64,000 nucleotides of DNA from Bacteroidetes bacterium UBA2664 (GCA_002359315.1 DEMS01000032.1:2438-66437), one strand, 5' to 3'; positions 21,407 through 30,626 are shown, counted from the stretch's first letter. A program made the numbers and translations. Notes: generated by a model from the sequence alone, not told the origin.

Positions 21407-21927
21407 AAGTGTTACACCAAAAGAGATGGGCCGGGGTTGTTCTATTATTGACATGTTTAGGCATGTTAGGTCTTTCCGGTTGTAAGGATCATTTTTCAGA
21501 CGTCGACATAGAAGATGACGAGATAATCGGTTTGTTTGCCTTGAGAGGCCAAGAAATTGTAACAAACTATTCTGATTGGCCGATTCCTGAAAATGATGTA
21601 CCCTCGGTGGACACCACGCGTATTAATTTTTTAATGCTGATTCGCTCTGTTGATGGAGAAAAAAACAGGGTGAGAATGTACGGCCTGGAGGGAGCTGATG
21701 TTGGCAAACGTGAACATTACCTTTACCCGGGTTGTAAAACCCCCGATGACTGCAAGATTATCGGCATGCTGGAAGGGGAAGATTTAGAGATCGATATCAA
21801 CAACAATGGCCGTTCTTATCTCGCTAATATTATGATTCGCAATAATTATGTAGAAATTACGGCTACCTATAATCATCAACAAACAACGATTCATTATGAA
21901 GTTGATGGTGGCGTAATGATAGAATAG
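21403..21927 (+). CDS. Hypothetical lipoprotein
   Basis: Lipobox LSGC; overlaps upstream stop (ATGA). Confidence 0.7.
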   Translation: MKVLHQKRWAGVVLLLTCLGMLGLSGCKDHFSDVDIEDDEIIGLFALRGQEIVTNYSDWPIPENDVPSVDTTRINFLMLIRSVDGEKNRVRMYGLEGADVGKREHYLYPGCKTPDDCKIIGMLEGEDLEIDINNNGRSYLANIMIRNNYVEITATYNHQQTTIHYEVDGGVMIE

Positions 21928-22025
21928 AACCCTGTTATTGGTTTACTTCATATGGACGCATATCTGAAATCAAAAACTCCAATCGAGATGTTTGCATCTG
22001 CTTGTTTGTGATCGAGTTTGAAGGA

Positions 22026-22145
22026 GTGGGCGCGACAGGCTTGAACCCCGAAGCACTGCTTCGGAAAAACAACGTCTGGAGTTAATAGAAAGGTAGAGAA
22101 TAATCGATAGGTCAGTTCTTTTTAGAATATAGGACTTAAAATAAG
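22026..22145 (-). repeat. Additional tRNA-linked repeat unit adjoining the att/tRNA copy
   Basis: GTGGGCGCGACAGGCTTGAACCCCGAAGCACTGCTTCGG...GATAGGTCAGTTC, 120 bp before the tRNA 3' end. Confidence 0.85.
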
Positions 22146-22146
22146 G

Positions 22147-22220
22147 TGGGCCCGGCAGGACTTGAACCTGCGACCAATCGATTATGAGTCGACTGCTCTA
22201 ACCAACTGAGCTACTGGTCC
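22147..22220 (-). tRNA. tRNA-Ile(CAT)-like copy at the left att junction, probably pseudo (acceptor mismatches)
   Basis: 74 nt, GGACCAGTAGCTCAG...CTCATAA...GGTTCAAGTCC...CGGGCCCA; 5' GGACCAG vs 3' CGGGCCC gives 2 mismatches. Confidence 0.75.
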
Positions 22221-22274
22221 AGTTACATTGTAAACTGCGATTTCCAACCTTATAAGCCAAAACTGAATCAAAAT

Positions 22275-22408
22275 TGTACATAGTATTGTACATAGCTCTA
22301 CTTTCTTTACCGATTGTACATAGTACATTGGCATTAGAATGAGGTTTTATGTTTTTAACTGTGTACAATTCTGTTCCTTTTCGTTCGCTTACATTGTGTA
22401 AGTAAATA
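22275..22408. promoter_or_regulatory. Left att arm: TGTACATAG repeats and CTTACA-N3-TGTAAG palindrome
   Basis: TGTACATAG at 22275, 22287, 22315; block 22361-22408 resembles 63829-63876. Confidence 0.7.
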
Positions 22409-22430
22409 TAGAAATAAAAAGCACCTTGGT

Positions 22431-22850
22431 TCAATCTAATTTTGAGTGTTTTTTGAGAAGCCGTAAAAGTGCCTCCGCAACTTTTATTTCAAGTTCCCTC
22501 GCTTCTGAAATTTCTTTCCGACTTTCACTAAAATCAAAATTCAGGAGAAGCGTTAAGGCGTTTTCCATTTTTTCTTTTTCAGAAATGGTCAAATCTGAAC
22601 TTGGCGATATGCTTCCATACATTTCTCCCTTTCCGGTAAGAAGCCAAGTCCCATCACATCCAGACCCAAGTACAATTTGCGCCAGTACTTCTGATCCCGG
22701 TTTTTTAATTCTTCCATATTTCAAATCAGTAATTAACGAATAATTGTTAATTCCACATTTCATAAGAAATTCTTTAGCCGAACCATATCTATTACTAATT
22801 AAAATAATTCTTTCGGCAATACTGTTTTTTTCGATTGTGCTTGATTGCAT
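22431..22850 (-). CDS. Phage-repressor-like XRE HTH protein
   Basis: IAERI...ITDLKYGRIKKPG.EVL.QI......WLLTGKGEM. Confidence 0.82.
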   Translation of the reverse strand: MQSSTIEKNSIAERIILISNRYGSAKEFLMKCGINNYSLITDLKYGRIKKPGSEVLAQIVLGSGCDGTWLLTGKGEMYGSISPSSDLTISEKEKMENALTLLLNFDFSESRKEISEARELEIKVAEALLRLLKKHSKLD

Positions 22851-22894
22851 TTAATCTGTAATTTCGTCTATTCGTTAATTAACTATAATTCATC

Positions 22895-22913
22895 TACTTA
22901 CATTGTGTAAGTA
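22895..22913. promoter_or_regulatory. Palindromic operator in the divergent repressor/early promoter
   Basis: TACTTACA-TTG-TGTAAGTA perfect 8-bp inverted repeat; core also at 22388 and 63856. Confidence 0.7.
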
Positions 22914-22926
22914 ACTAAATATAATT

Positions 22927-23205
22927 ATGTCTAACCAAATACCTAATACACATTCACAATTAAAATTTGCGTTGGGTATCAGTCAAAGAAGTTTAAAAGG
23001 TTTTGCTAACACTCTTACCAAGCCAGATGGTTCCATTGGAATTTCACATGCCGCTTTAATTCGGGTAGCGCAAGACACTGATAAAACCCCTTGGATACGT
23101 GAAGTAATTAATAGAACCATTAATCAAAGCAAAAGGAAGCACCCAAGCATTTGGGAAGAATTTTTGAAAGGAAATGACTCAGACAAAACAAAAACAAATA
23201 ATTAA
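22927..23205 (+). CDS. Small early protein, possible Cro-like DNA-binding protein
   Basis: First gene divergent from repressor; SLKGFA...GISHAALIRVA HTH-like pattern. Confidence 0.5.
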   Translation: MSNQIPNTHSQLKFALGISQRSLKGFANTLTKPDGSIGISHAALIRVAQDTDKTPWIREVINRTINQSKRKHPSIWEEFLKGNDSDKTKTNN

Positions 23206-23434
23206 TGCAATTGATGGCTTGTCTAATCAATTGGAGCTTATACGCTCACTGGTAAACGATACCCTCCTCCAAAACAAAGAATGGTTGAATTCAAAAGAAT
23301 TTGCGCTTTTAGCTAATGTCAAACCCAAATCAGTTTCAAATAATGTTGGAAAGGGTAAGTACAAAAAAACAATGAGAGATACCCACGGCAAGCATCTGAT
23401 ACATATTTCGGAGCTAAAGAGGCACCCATTATGA
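23174..23434 (+). CDS. Excisionase-like HTH protein
   Basis: EWLNSKEFALLANVKPKSVSN..GKG winged-HTH pattern. Confidence 0.6.
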   Translation: MTQTKQKQIINAIDGLSNQLELIRSLVNDTLLQNKEWLNSKEFALLANVKPKSVSNNVGKGKYKKTMRDTHGKHLIHISELKRHPL

Positions 23435-23619
23435 GTATGAAACCACTTACAAAAGATCTCAGAACTACCATTTGGGGACTTGCTGCATTCATAGAAAGCG
23501 AAGTAAATCTTAAAGACTTTTCCTTATTGATAAGGGATGCAAAGAACTCAGATATCAAACAAGTCGCAGTTATTCTGATTGAGGCTAAACAAAAACTTAA
23601 CCGAGTGATCTTGCAATAG
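23431..23619 (+). CDS. Hypothetical protein
   Basis: Translationally coupled within early operon. Confidence 0.5.
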   Translation: MSMKPLTKDLRTTIWGLAAFIESEVNLKDFSLLIRDAKNSDIKQVAVILIEAKQKLNRVILQ

Positions 23620-23630
23620 ATCAAACCTGA

Positions 23631-24395
23631 TTGACATTCTACGAAGCGATACCTCATGTGAGAGAAGCATCCAGAAATGATATTATCGAAATCATTTCTG
23701 AACGCATTCCTTTAAAAAAATCTGGGAGTTACTATAAAGCATGTTGTCCATTTCACTCTGAAAAGACAGCTTCATTTTATGTACATGAAGTAAAAGGAAC
23801 CTATAAATGCTACGGCTGTGAAGCATGGGGTGATGCGATTAGTTTTGTTGAGTTTTATGATGGGCTAACCTTCAATGAAGTCATTTATTTATTGGCCGAC
23901 CGGTATCACCTAACCATTTCAAAAAAAAGTAGGAAGAAATCCCAACAGGCTATAAAAAAAGAAGACGATATACTTCCAGGGTACTCCTCGGTAAAGTCTG
24001 AAATCCTCAAAACGAAGAAAGTTTATGTAGCATTTAAACAAGGCGACGCGCCATTCACACCTATTGTTTTCATAGATGGCAAGCTAAGCCTTGATGCAGC
24101 AAAACTTTTAAAAAAAAGAGCACAGAAAATCGTTTTTGTCGCTCAGGACACTTCTTGGGAGATACTTAAGCCTTCCTTTGAAGCCGCTTTAAAAGCGGAA
24201 CTGGAGGTATTCGCTATTCCAGATTATTCCAACGAATTCCAGGAAATAGACTGGGTGGACTATTGCTCCGCTCAGACTACCCAAAAAATTACAACCAAAG
24301 ATGTGATACAGCTTATTGCAGGAATTCCTGACAACATCACCCGGTCTGTGTACATCACTTATGCAACAGATAATTTCAAAGAACCCATCACATAA
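23631..24395 (+). CDS. CHC2 zinc-finger primase-like protein with degenerate TOPRIM
   Basis: CPFHSEKTASF...YKCYGC DnaG zinc-binding domain; short remainder lacking EG and DxD motifs. Confidence 0.8.
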   Translation: MTFYEAIPHVREASRNDIIEIISERIPLKKSGSYYKACCPFHSEKTASFYVHEVKGTYKCYGCEAWGDAISFVEFYDGLTFNEVIYLLADRYHLTISKKSRKKSQQAIKKEDDILPGYSSVKSEILKTKKVYVAFKQGDAPFTPIVFIDGKLSLDAAKLLKKRAQKIVFVAQDTSWEILKPSFEAALKAELEVFAIPDYSNEFQEIDWVDYCSAQTTQKITTKDVIQLIAGIPDNITRSVYITYATDNFKEPIT

Positions 24396-26710
24396 TGACA
24401 AACCCAATGTTCAACGCCGATTTTTGGCGTTGGTATCTGCGTAAAGAGTTTAAAGAATTTGCCCATTTAGCTGATACAACTATCCTTATTGAAAGAATTC
24501 GGAATGTTTTTTCCGAAAACAACCCCGATTCCTTACTCACCTTAAACCTCGACACAGAAATTTGCACTGATTCCGAGGGCAATGAATTCAATATGGTTGA
24601 ATTTATTGCAATAAAAGAGGACACCGAACGGCAGTACGCTGAAATGAACCTGGCCGTTGACTATGAGCGCTGGTTGGCCCAAAAATTTCAAGAAAACGCG
24701 GCCAAAGAATACGAACGGGACTTCGACAACTACCAATGGATACGTAAACGGGGTGGCGAAAAAGTGCCCGTAACCGATTTCGACCTGATCCTTGAATCCA
24801 TCATCGAAAAATGGAATCCGGAAAAGAAAGAATGGGAACGCACCTATGTTGGCCAGCTTCGCTACCTCCGTGGTGGCATTCCCATGTACAAGCCCTTCAA
24901 TTTTGAACCTGGCCAAACCCATAGCGTAGAAGAATTTTCCAAAAGCGTATGGAATAAAGACGTGCTCCAGGTAAAAAACATGAAAAATGAAGACATGCGA
25001 AGCTTTTGGCTGCATGTGAACATCGAATTTAAACCCCGTATAGTCCGGGAATTTGACCACTTTGGGATCATTTCTTTTGAAAAAACCCGGTATTTACTGG
25101 CTGGTAACGTGCTGGTAAGTTTCCCAAAGAAAGCATCTGGTCACATTAAACTGATCGCCCAACGTGACGGGGCTTTTCCTATTGGCGACAACAAGTTTTT
25201 AAAGCCCCCGGAGGACGCTATTCATCTTCCGCACTACGAATTAGGGCTTGCTAATTCGGACGGCTATTTCAAAAATGCGGAGGAAAGTCTGTACAACGAC
25301 CAGGAATTTTATAAAAAACTGGTGCATGTTGAACACCATTTCTGCGGTATGGTCGGTGGCAACTCGGAATTCAGGAACTGGGGAAAGATTATCATCGCCT
25401 ACGTGTTCTCTTTTGTGTTTTTCGACGAAATCTACGCCCTCCACAAACACATCATCTTCCTCTACTTGTATGGAGAGGGAAACGTGGGTAAAGGAGAAAT
25501 GGCCAAGCTTATTCAGGATTTTTTTGGAATAAATCACCTCGATAGTTTGAACACACCACCGGCCCGATCGGTGGACGAGGCGCTGGAGCAAAAATCCCAT
25601 ATCCCCCAATGGATAGATGAGCACGTTCCTCAAGTTCCTGGGAAAAAGGCCAAGATTGAAGACCAGATCTGGAACTCCTGGTTTGAACTCAAGCCACGTC
25701 CTACCAACATCAAAAAAGGCAACAAATGGGGCAAGGAGCATAAAGTAGTGCGAACCATGCCGCTTTTTTGTAGCAACTTTTTGCCGGCCACCGATCACCT
25801 GCTTAGCCGCTCACTAATCATTCATTACAGCAAAAAGACGCGCGGCCCAGAAGATCATGTAAAAGAGCTGCTCAACGAGAGGGTTACCCTTCAGCGGCTT
25901 ATGCTTTCTTTTCTAAAAAACTACCACCTGATTAATCGAAAGGACTTTATCAAGGACATGGAACGCATCCGGCTTAAGCTCAAAGATGCTGTCAAAACCG
26001 AACTGGGTGATAAAATGAAAGATGTGGTGCTTCAAGACCGGCAAATTAACCAGTTTGCCTCGTTGGTTACGGTTTCTTACTGGCTCAATCCTGATTACCG
26101 AAACCTGATATCGGGTTCACTGGACGAGCTGGAAGAGATCAAAGACAAAGCCATGTACGATGATTATTACCGCAATTTCACCAAGGAGCGTAATGAGGAA
26201 CGGCTTCTCTCGGTTACCGGGGAAGATCTTTTCCTATTTGCTCGCGATGAAGTCGTTAAAACAGCCATCCGGTACTCTTCCCAAGATCCACTTACCGAAT
26301 TTATTGAAACCATCGGTACACTTATCCAATCGTTGAAGGTTACCGTACATCATTTTAACTGGACCAAGGACGGTACACTCAAAATTTGGGCTAAGGCGAT
26401 CTGGGACATCTATGAATACGAAAAAAGAGGCACCGATGGCATGGTACGCCGTGATATCGTGGACGAGAAGCTTCGGGATTTAAGCGATTTGACTCCGGAA
26501 GGCGAACTTAAGGTGGTTAACTGGACGATTGTTGATAGTTACAGCAACCTAAAGACCGATACCATTCGTCAGCGGGGCTATTACATCCCAAATGCGGTAG
26601 AAAACGAGCTGTTTCGCAACGCCTTTAACTGGGACAAATTTAAGCCCACCGGAAGCCAGCCCTGGACAGAAAACACCGAACTGTTTAATGAAGAAATAGC
26701 TTCGGCGTGA
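24395..26710 (+). CDS. P-loop replicative helicase-like protein (771 aa)
   Basis: LYLYGEGNVGKG Walker A, WIDE Walker B, FCSN, SRS; coupled to the primase-like gene. Confidence 0.7.
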   Translation: MTNPMFNADFWRWYLRKEFKEFAHLADTTILIERIRNVFSENNPDSLLTLNLDTEICTDSEGNEFNMVEFIAIKEDTERQYAEMNLAVDYERWLAQKFQENAAKEYERDFDNYQWIRKRGGEKVPVTDFDLILESIIEKWNPEKKEWERTYVGQLRYLRGGIPMYKPFNFEPGQTHSVEEFSKSVWNKDVLQVKNMKNEDMRSFWLHVNIEFKPRIVREFDHFGIISFEKTRYLLAGNVLVSFPKKASGHIKLIAQRDGAFPIGDNKFLKPPEDAIHLPHYELGLANSDGYFKNAEESLYNDQEFYKKLVHVEHHFCGMVGGNSEFRNWGKIIIAYVFSFVFFDEIYALHKHIIFLYLYGEGNVGKGEMAKLIQDFFGINHLDSLNTPPARSVDEALEQKSHIPQWIDEHVPQVPGKKAKIEDQIWNSWFELKPRPTNIKKGNKWGKEHKVVRTMPLFCSNFLPATDHLLSRSLIIHYSKKTRGPEDHVKELLNERVTLQRLMLSFLKNYHLINRKDFIKDMERIRLKLKDAVKTELGDKMKDVVLQDRQINQFASLVTVSYWLNPDYRNLISGSLDELEEIKDKAMYDDYYRNFTKERNEERLLSVTGEDLFLFARDEVVKTAIRYSSQDPLTEFIETIGTLIQSLKVTVHHFNWTKDGTLKIWAKAIWDIYEYEKRGTDGMVRRDIVDEKLRDLSDLTPEGELKVVNWTIVDSYSNLKTDTIRQRGYYIPNAVENELFRNAFNWDKFKPTGSQPWTENTELFNEEIASA

Positions 26711-26760
26711 GCTATTTTTTTATCTAAAGAATAGAAAAGCCCGAAAAAGAAGAAAATCTA

Positions 26761-27043
26761 TGTTTCAATGTTTCAAAATACTAAAAACACACTTAATGAT
26801 ACTTTTAATACACTTTTTTATGAAACTTCTGCTGAAACATTTATGAAACACTATGAAACATTGGCTCTTTTTTCTGAAACAGGAATGTTTCATCTGTGTT
26901 TCACGGGCAATTCTTCTAAATCATTGAAATTATTTATCCAAAAAATGAACGCAATCCATCGTGAAACAGACATGTTTCAAGAAATGTTTCATAAAATTCG
27001 GCCTTTATATATACGTGAGGGCTATTTTCAGAGTTTTGAAACA
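26761..27043. repeat. Iteron cluster, putative replication origin
   Basis: 13 copies of TGAAAC(A)/TGTTTCA in both orientations just after the helicase. Confidence 0.75.
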
Positions 27044-27109
27044 TTTTTTTGGAATAAAATGAGTTTTACCGGAAAATCTGTAACCAACCATCACTATTGA
27101 GGAGACCTA

Positions 27110-27349
27110 ATGTTTTCAAAAAAAACCATGCAAGAAGTTATCGACCAGCAAGTAATGACCATCAAAGAAGCCCAGGTATATGTAGAGGAAAAAACGGGGA
27201 TGAAAAGCAGTCTTTTTTATGATTGCGTACGACCGGAACTGACGCCACGACCAATGGCCATGAACAAACGCACTAATAAACCGGCCCATTTTGTTGTAAC
27301 AAAAGAGCAAGTTGACCGGATTATCTACCAAATGAAGAAGAATTACTAA
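27110..27349 (+). CDS. Small HTH-like protein
   Basis: GAGGAG upstream; MTIKEA.......GM.SS.FY pattern. Confidence 0.5.
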   Translation: MFSKKTMQEVIDQQVMTIKEAQVYVEEKTGMKSSLFYDCVRPELTPRPMAMNKRTNKPAHFVVTKEQVDRIIYQMKKNY

Positions 27350-27478
27350 AAAAAGTGAATTCCATTTAACTCAATTAATTCCGGCAAATTTTACGATTTA
27401 TTTAAAAATATTTAGGTATTTCGGGTTACTCATACCGCTCTAACGGTCGTTTAAAGCGGTTTTTTTATTTCCTAAACT

Positions 27479-28213
27479 GTGTTCGAACCAAACAGAACAC
27501 AGATGGCAGAATCAATAGATCCAGTTACCGAGTCTTCTACTGAGCCCGATAAAGGTGGAGCTACCAAAGCTACACGTGGGCGTCCACCTGCTGAATTTTA
27601 TTTGCAGGAATATGGGCAAAGTTACCGACCACAAGTTGATGACAACTATTATCAGCATCGTTGTCTAATGCTCGAAAGAGAACTGAGTGATGTGCAAAAT
27701 AAGAACCATCAGTTAAGTGATGAGCTTTTTAAAACAAGGAAAGAGCTATCCGAGGATAGAACTGAATTGTTGATTAAACATCAGAATGAAGTAGCTCAAC
27801 TCAAAGAAGATTTCAGAGAGAGATTAGATTCCCACAAAGAAGTTCAGCACAAAAGAGAGCGGGATCTTGTAAAAGAGATTGACAGCTTAGAGAAGGAACT
27901 CTATAAAAAAGAGATAGAGTATAAAAATGGAGAGTTATCGTTAAAAGGAGTAGTTAAAGATTTTGCTGATGCTTTAGTTCCCATGATCGTTGGGAATAAT
28001 AGACCAGACCTCTCTGGGCTTATTCAAAAACAAATACCAGAGACGGCCCCACAAAATCCAAATGCCTCACAAATAACTCAGGAAAAAACAGTTCAGAGTA
28101 ATACTACTTTTGAACATCATCCTGAATCCACACTTAGAAAAGAGCCTGATGAGGAACTAAGCACTTTACTCGAAAAGGAATTAAACAAACAGTCAGTTGA
28201 GGAGGAAGTGTGA
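27479..28213 (+). CDS. Coiled-coil hypothetical protein
   Basis: Long charged heptad region; start uncertain (may be 27503). Confidence 0.6.
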   Translation: MFEPNRTQMAESIDPVTESSTEPDKGGATKATRGRPPAEFYLQEYGQSYRPQVDDNYYQHRCLMLERELSDVQNKNHQLSDELFKTRKELSEDRTELLIKHQNEVAQLKEDFRERLDSHKEVQHKRERDLVKEIDSLEKELYKKEIEYKNGELSLKGVVKDFADALVPMIVGNNRPDLSGLIQKQIPETAPQNPNASQITQEKTVQSNTTFEHHPESTLRKEPDEELSTLLEKELNKQSVEEEV

Positions 28214-28623
28214 GCACATCTCCCAGAGAAGAGCTGTTAAAATTTGCCCTCGGCTACATGGTGAGCAAAAACCATAGCGTGGAGCGGTACATCAAATACG
28301 CAAAACTTATACGGTCGCAAGTTGAACTGATTCAGAAAATTGAAAACCGGCCTATTGCGGTTAGCGACTGGATACAAATGGCTATTGAATTAGGTCGGCA
28401 GGCCTTGGTGAGAGAAATCGGAGCGAAACGAATTGCAGAAAGCATATATCCCCTTGTGGATGGATCAGGGCAATTGAAACCATACGTCTCATTTCCGGCT
28501 GGGCCTGCCACTAATTTACTGCTGGGATTCACCGGTACCTACAACTCCCTGACCAATCGGGAGAGACGATTTTTAGTGCAGATCATCAGTGAGCTGCAAA
28601 ACCTTCACCGCAAAAACCACTGA
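28210..28623 (+). CDS. Hypothetical protein
   Basis: Overlapping start/stop within operon. Confidence 0.6.
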   Translation: MSTSPREELLKFALGYMVSKNHSVERYIKYAKLIRSQVELIQKIENRPIAVSDWIQMAIELGRQALVREIGAKRIAESIYPLVDGSGQLKPYVSFPAGPATNLLLGFTGTYNSLTNRERRFLVQIISELQNLHRKNH

Positions 28624-28626
28624 CTC

Positions 28627-28848
28627 ATGCCCAAGGTAGAAACTAAGTCTATATCCCAAGTTCGTAAAGATAATTACTCCCAAGCCGTTGGTGAAGGCAT
28701 TACGGCAATTACCCTGAACGGGGAATTTGTAGGTGTTTTAATCACCTGTGGAAATTCATCACAGGAATTGGCATCCCTTCGCCACAAAAGACTGTTAGAC
28801 AATCCGGTTCACACCATTACCGAACTCACCAAGCAGGTGCTTCAGTAA
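28627..28848 (+). CDS. Small protein, weak Phd/YefM-like pattern
   Basis: SISQVRKD...AITLNGEFVGVLI. Confidence 0.4.
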   Translation: MPKVETKSISQVRKDNYSQAVGEGITAITLNGEFVGVLITCGNSSQELASLRHKRLLDNPVHTITELTKQVLQ

Positions 28849-29861
28849 TGCAGAGCGGTTACGTAAACATATTACCAGATACCCAGCAGCAATACACCAG
28901 AGCACGGGCTGTGGATGCTTCTTTGGGAGCATCCACAGTACCTCTTTCTACTCGACGCCAGGCGTACCCCGGTGTGGAAGGCGTGCTTTCGGCAGCCAGT
29001 AGGCTGGTTACCAAATATACTGGCGACGAGCGCATTCGCTCACTTGCCCTCAAAATTACAAGCACGATTCGGCGACACCGGCTTACAGGACAACCCGACC
29101 TGCGAAACATTGACGCTATTGCCTCTGCCATATACAAGTGGATGGTGCGCAACGTGAATTATGTGCGCGATCCGTGGGATGTCGAGCGTATTCAGTCGCC
29201 CTTTGTCACCATAACCCAACGGGCTGGTGACTGCGACGATCATGCTATTTTAGGTGCAGCCTTATTACAAAGTCTCGGTATTCAAACGGGCTTTCGCATT
29301 GTCTCGCGAACCGGACGCCACTTTGACCATATTTACGCGGTGTACCAATCACCTACCGGTTGGAAATCATTCGATACCACCGTACTGAAATATCCCGGTT
29401 ACGTATTTGACGAGCGGCTCATTAAAAAATCCAGGCACGTCACCAACCAGATGCCTGAAGGCTTGGGGCTTGATCCCATTACGCTACTCACCACGGCTAC
29501 CACAATGGCCAGTACCGGGATGACGCTTAAAAATACCTTGTCCAATATATTTGGAGCCAAAGATAAAGATGAGCGTCAAATGCGCGGAGCCCTGCGAGAC
29601 TATCTCATGCAGCGGGGCGTGCAATCCGAAGTGATCAGTCTTTCCCAAAAAGACAATGCCACCCTTCAGCGCTACGCACAGATTATAGATGAACTTGGAG
29701 CCCCGGCGGTTCAGCAACTGAATCGCTACGGGCAACTTTCCCCGGTTTGGGTTACTCAACAACAAGTAGCAAATAAAAACAAAAAAATGGGGCTCTATGC
29801 CGGTCTTGCCATTGGAACACTGGTTCTGATTGGTGGCGGGTATATGCTTCTAAACAAATAG
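28848..29861 (+). CDS. Transglutaminase-like (papain-fold) protein with C-terminal TM anchor, putative maturation protease
   Basis: YVRDP, GDCDD, HIY, WKSFD give a Cys-His-Asp triad; internal EGLG; C-terminal TM. Confidence 0.8.
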   Translation: MQSGYVNILPDTQQQYTRARAVDASLGASTVPLSTRRQAYPGVEGVLSAASRLVTKYTGDERIRSLALKITSTIRRHRLTGQPDLRNIDAIASAIYKWMVRNVNYVRDPWDVERIQSPFVTITQRAGDCDDHAILGAALLQSLGIQTGFRIVSRTGRHFDHIYAVYQSPTGWKSFDTTVLKYPGYVFDERLIKKSRHVTNQMPEGLGLDPITLLTTATTMASTGMTLKNTLSNIFGAKDKDERQMRGALRDYLMQRGVQSEVISLSQKDNATLQRYAQIIDELGAPAVQQLNRYGQLSPVWVTQQQVANKNKKMGLYAGLAIGTLVLIGGGYMLLNK

Positions 29862-29864
29862 ACC

Positions 29865-30287
29865 ATGAGTAAAAGTGGATTTATCATTCCCTTAGAGGAT
29901 ACTGTCATTGGAGAGGAAGACGCGGTGATTGCCGTAGCCATCAGTCCGGGACTCGGCAACTGGGAAGAAACCGACCCGTGCCGGTATGCCAATCAAAGTT
30001 GTAAAGGCAAAATGTTTGGCAAGCTGAAAAGCTGCCGACGTCAACGCGAGAAAAGTCAGGCGCTATGCAAAGCGCACGAAGCTTCCCTTCAAAAGAAAGC
30101 CCAGTGGGAAGGCCAGCGCGAGGAAATGATGCAGGCGCTCCAGACCAATCTTACCACCACCGCCTCCCAACAGAAAACAGCCAATTCGACCATGAAGTCG
30201 GGTATCGCTGTGGGGGGAGTCGCCCTTACCGGTGCCATTGCTTTGGCGGTTTTAATGCTGAAACGAAAAAAGAAATCTTCTAAATAA
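29865..30287 (+). CDS. Tail-anchored, Cys-containing putative virion membrane protein
   Basis: SGF...PGLG N-terminus; C-terminal TM plus KRKKK. Confidence 0.65.
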   Translation: MSKSGFIIPLEDTVIGEEDAVIAVAISPGLGNWEETDPCRYANQSCKGKMFGKLKSCRRQREKSQALCKAHEASLQKKAQWEGQREEMMQALQTNLTTTASQQKTANSTMKSGIAVGGVALTGAIALAVLMLKRKKKSSK

Positions 30288-30300
30288 GCAGGCCTGTCCC

Positions 30301-30624
30301 ATGACCAAACAACCCAGCGGTTACACCAGTTTTGATCTTCTCAACCAACGAGCAGCTACTGTTACCCAGCCTACCCAAACCAAATTTGGCTCGGCTTTAA
30401 CCTCTATTAGTGACCTCCTAAAGACCGCGACCGATACCGTGGTGACCATAGATGGGGTCGTCAACAAAGGCGGTAACAAGTCTGGAGGCGGGCAACCGGC
30501 GATGCTTTACCCAGGCCAAGGAGCACCTGCTCCCAGCGGCTCGGGAGAGTTGATCAAGTATGCGGGCATAGCCGGAATCGCCATTGGCGGTGGAATCATT
30601 CTACTCAAAGTGCTGAAGAAGTAA
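30301..30624 (+). CDS. Tail-anchored putative virion membrane protein
   Basis: PSGY N-terminus; Gly-rich C-terminal TM plus KK. Confidence 0.65.
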   Translation: MTKQPSGYTSFDLLNQRAATVTQPTQTKFGSALTSISDLLKTATDTVVTIDGVVNKGGNKSGGGQPAMLYPGQGAPAPSGSGELIKYAGIAGIAIGGGIILLKVLKK

Positions 30625-30626
30625 GT

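Noticed and set aside
22198-22434. 78-aa minus-strand ORF
   Set aside because: Spans att arm repeats and the tRNA copy; no protein features
26768-27100. 110-aa ORF
   Set aside because: Its ET/MF repeats are the translation of the TGAAACA iterons; likely non-coding origin
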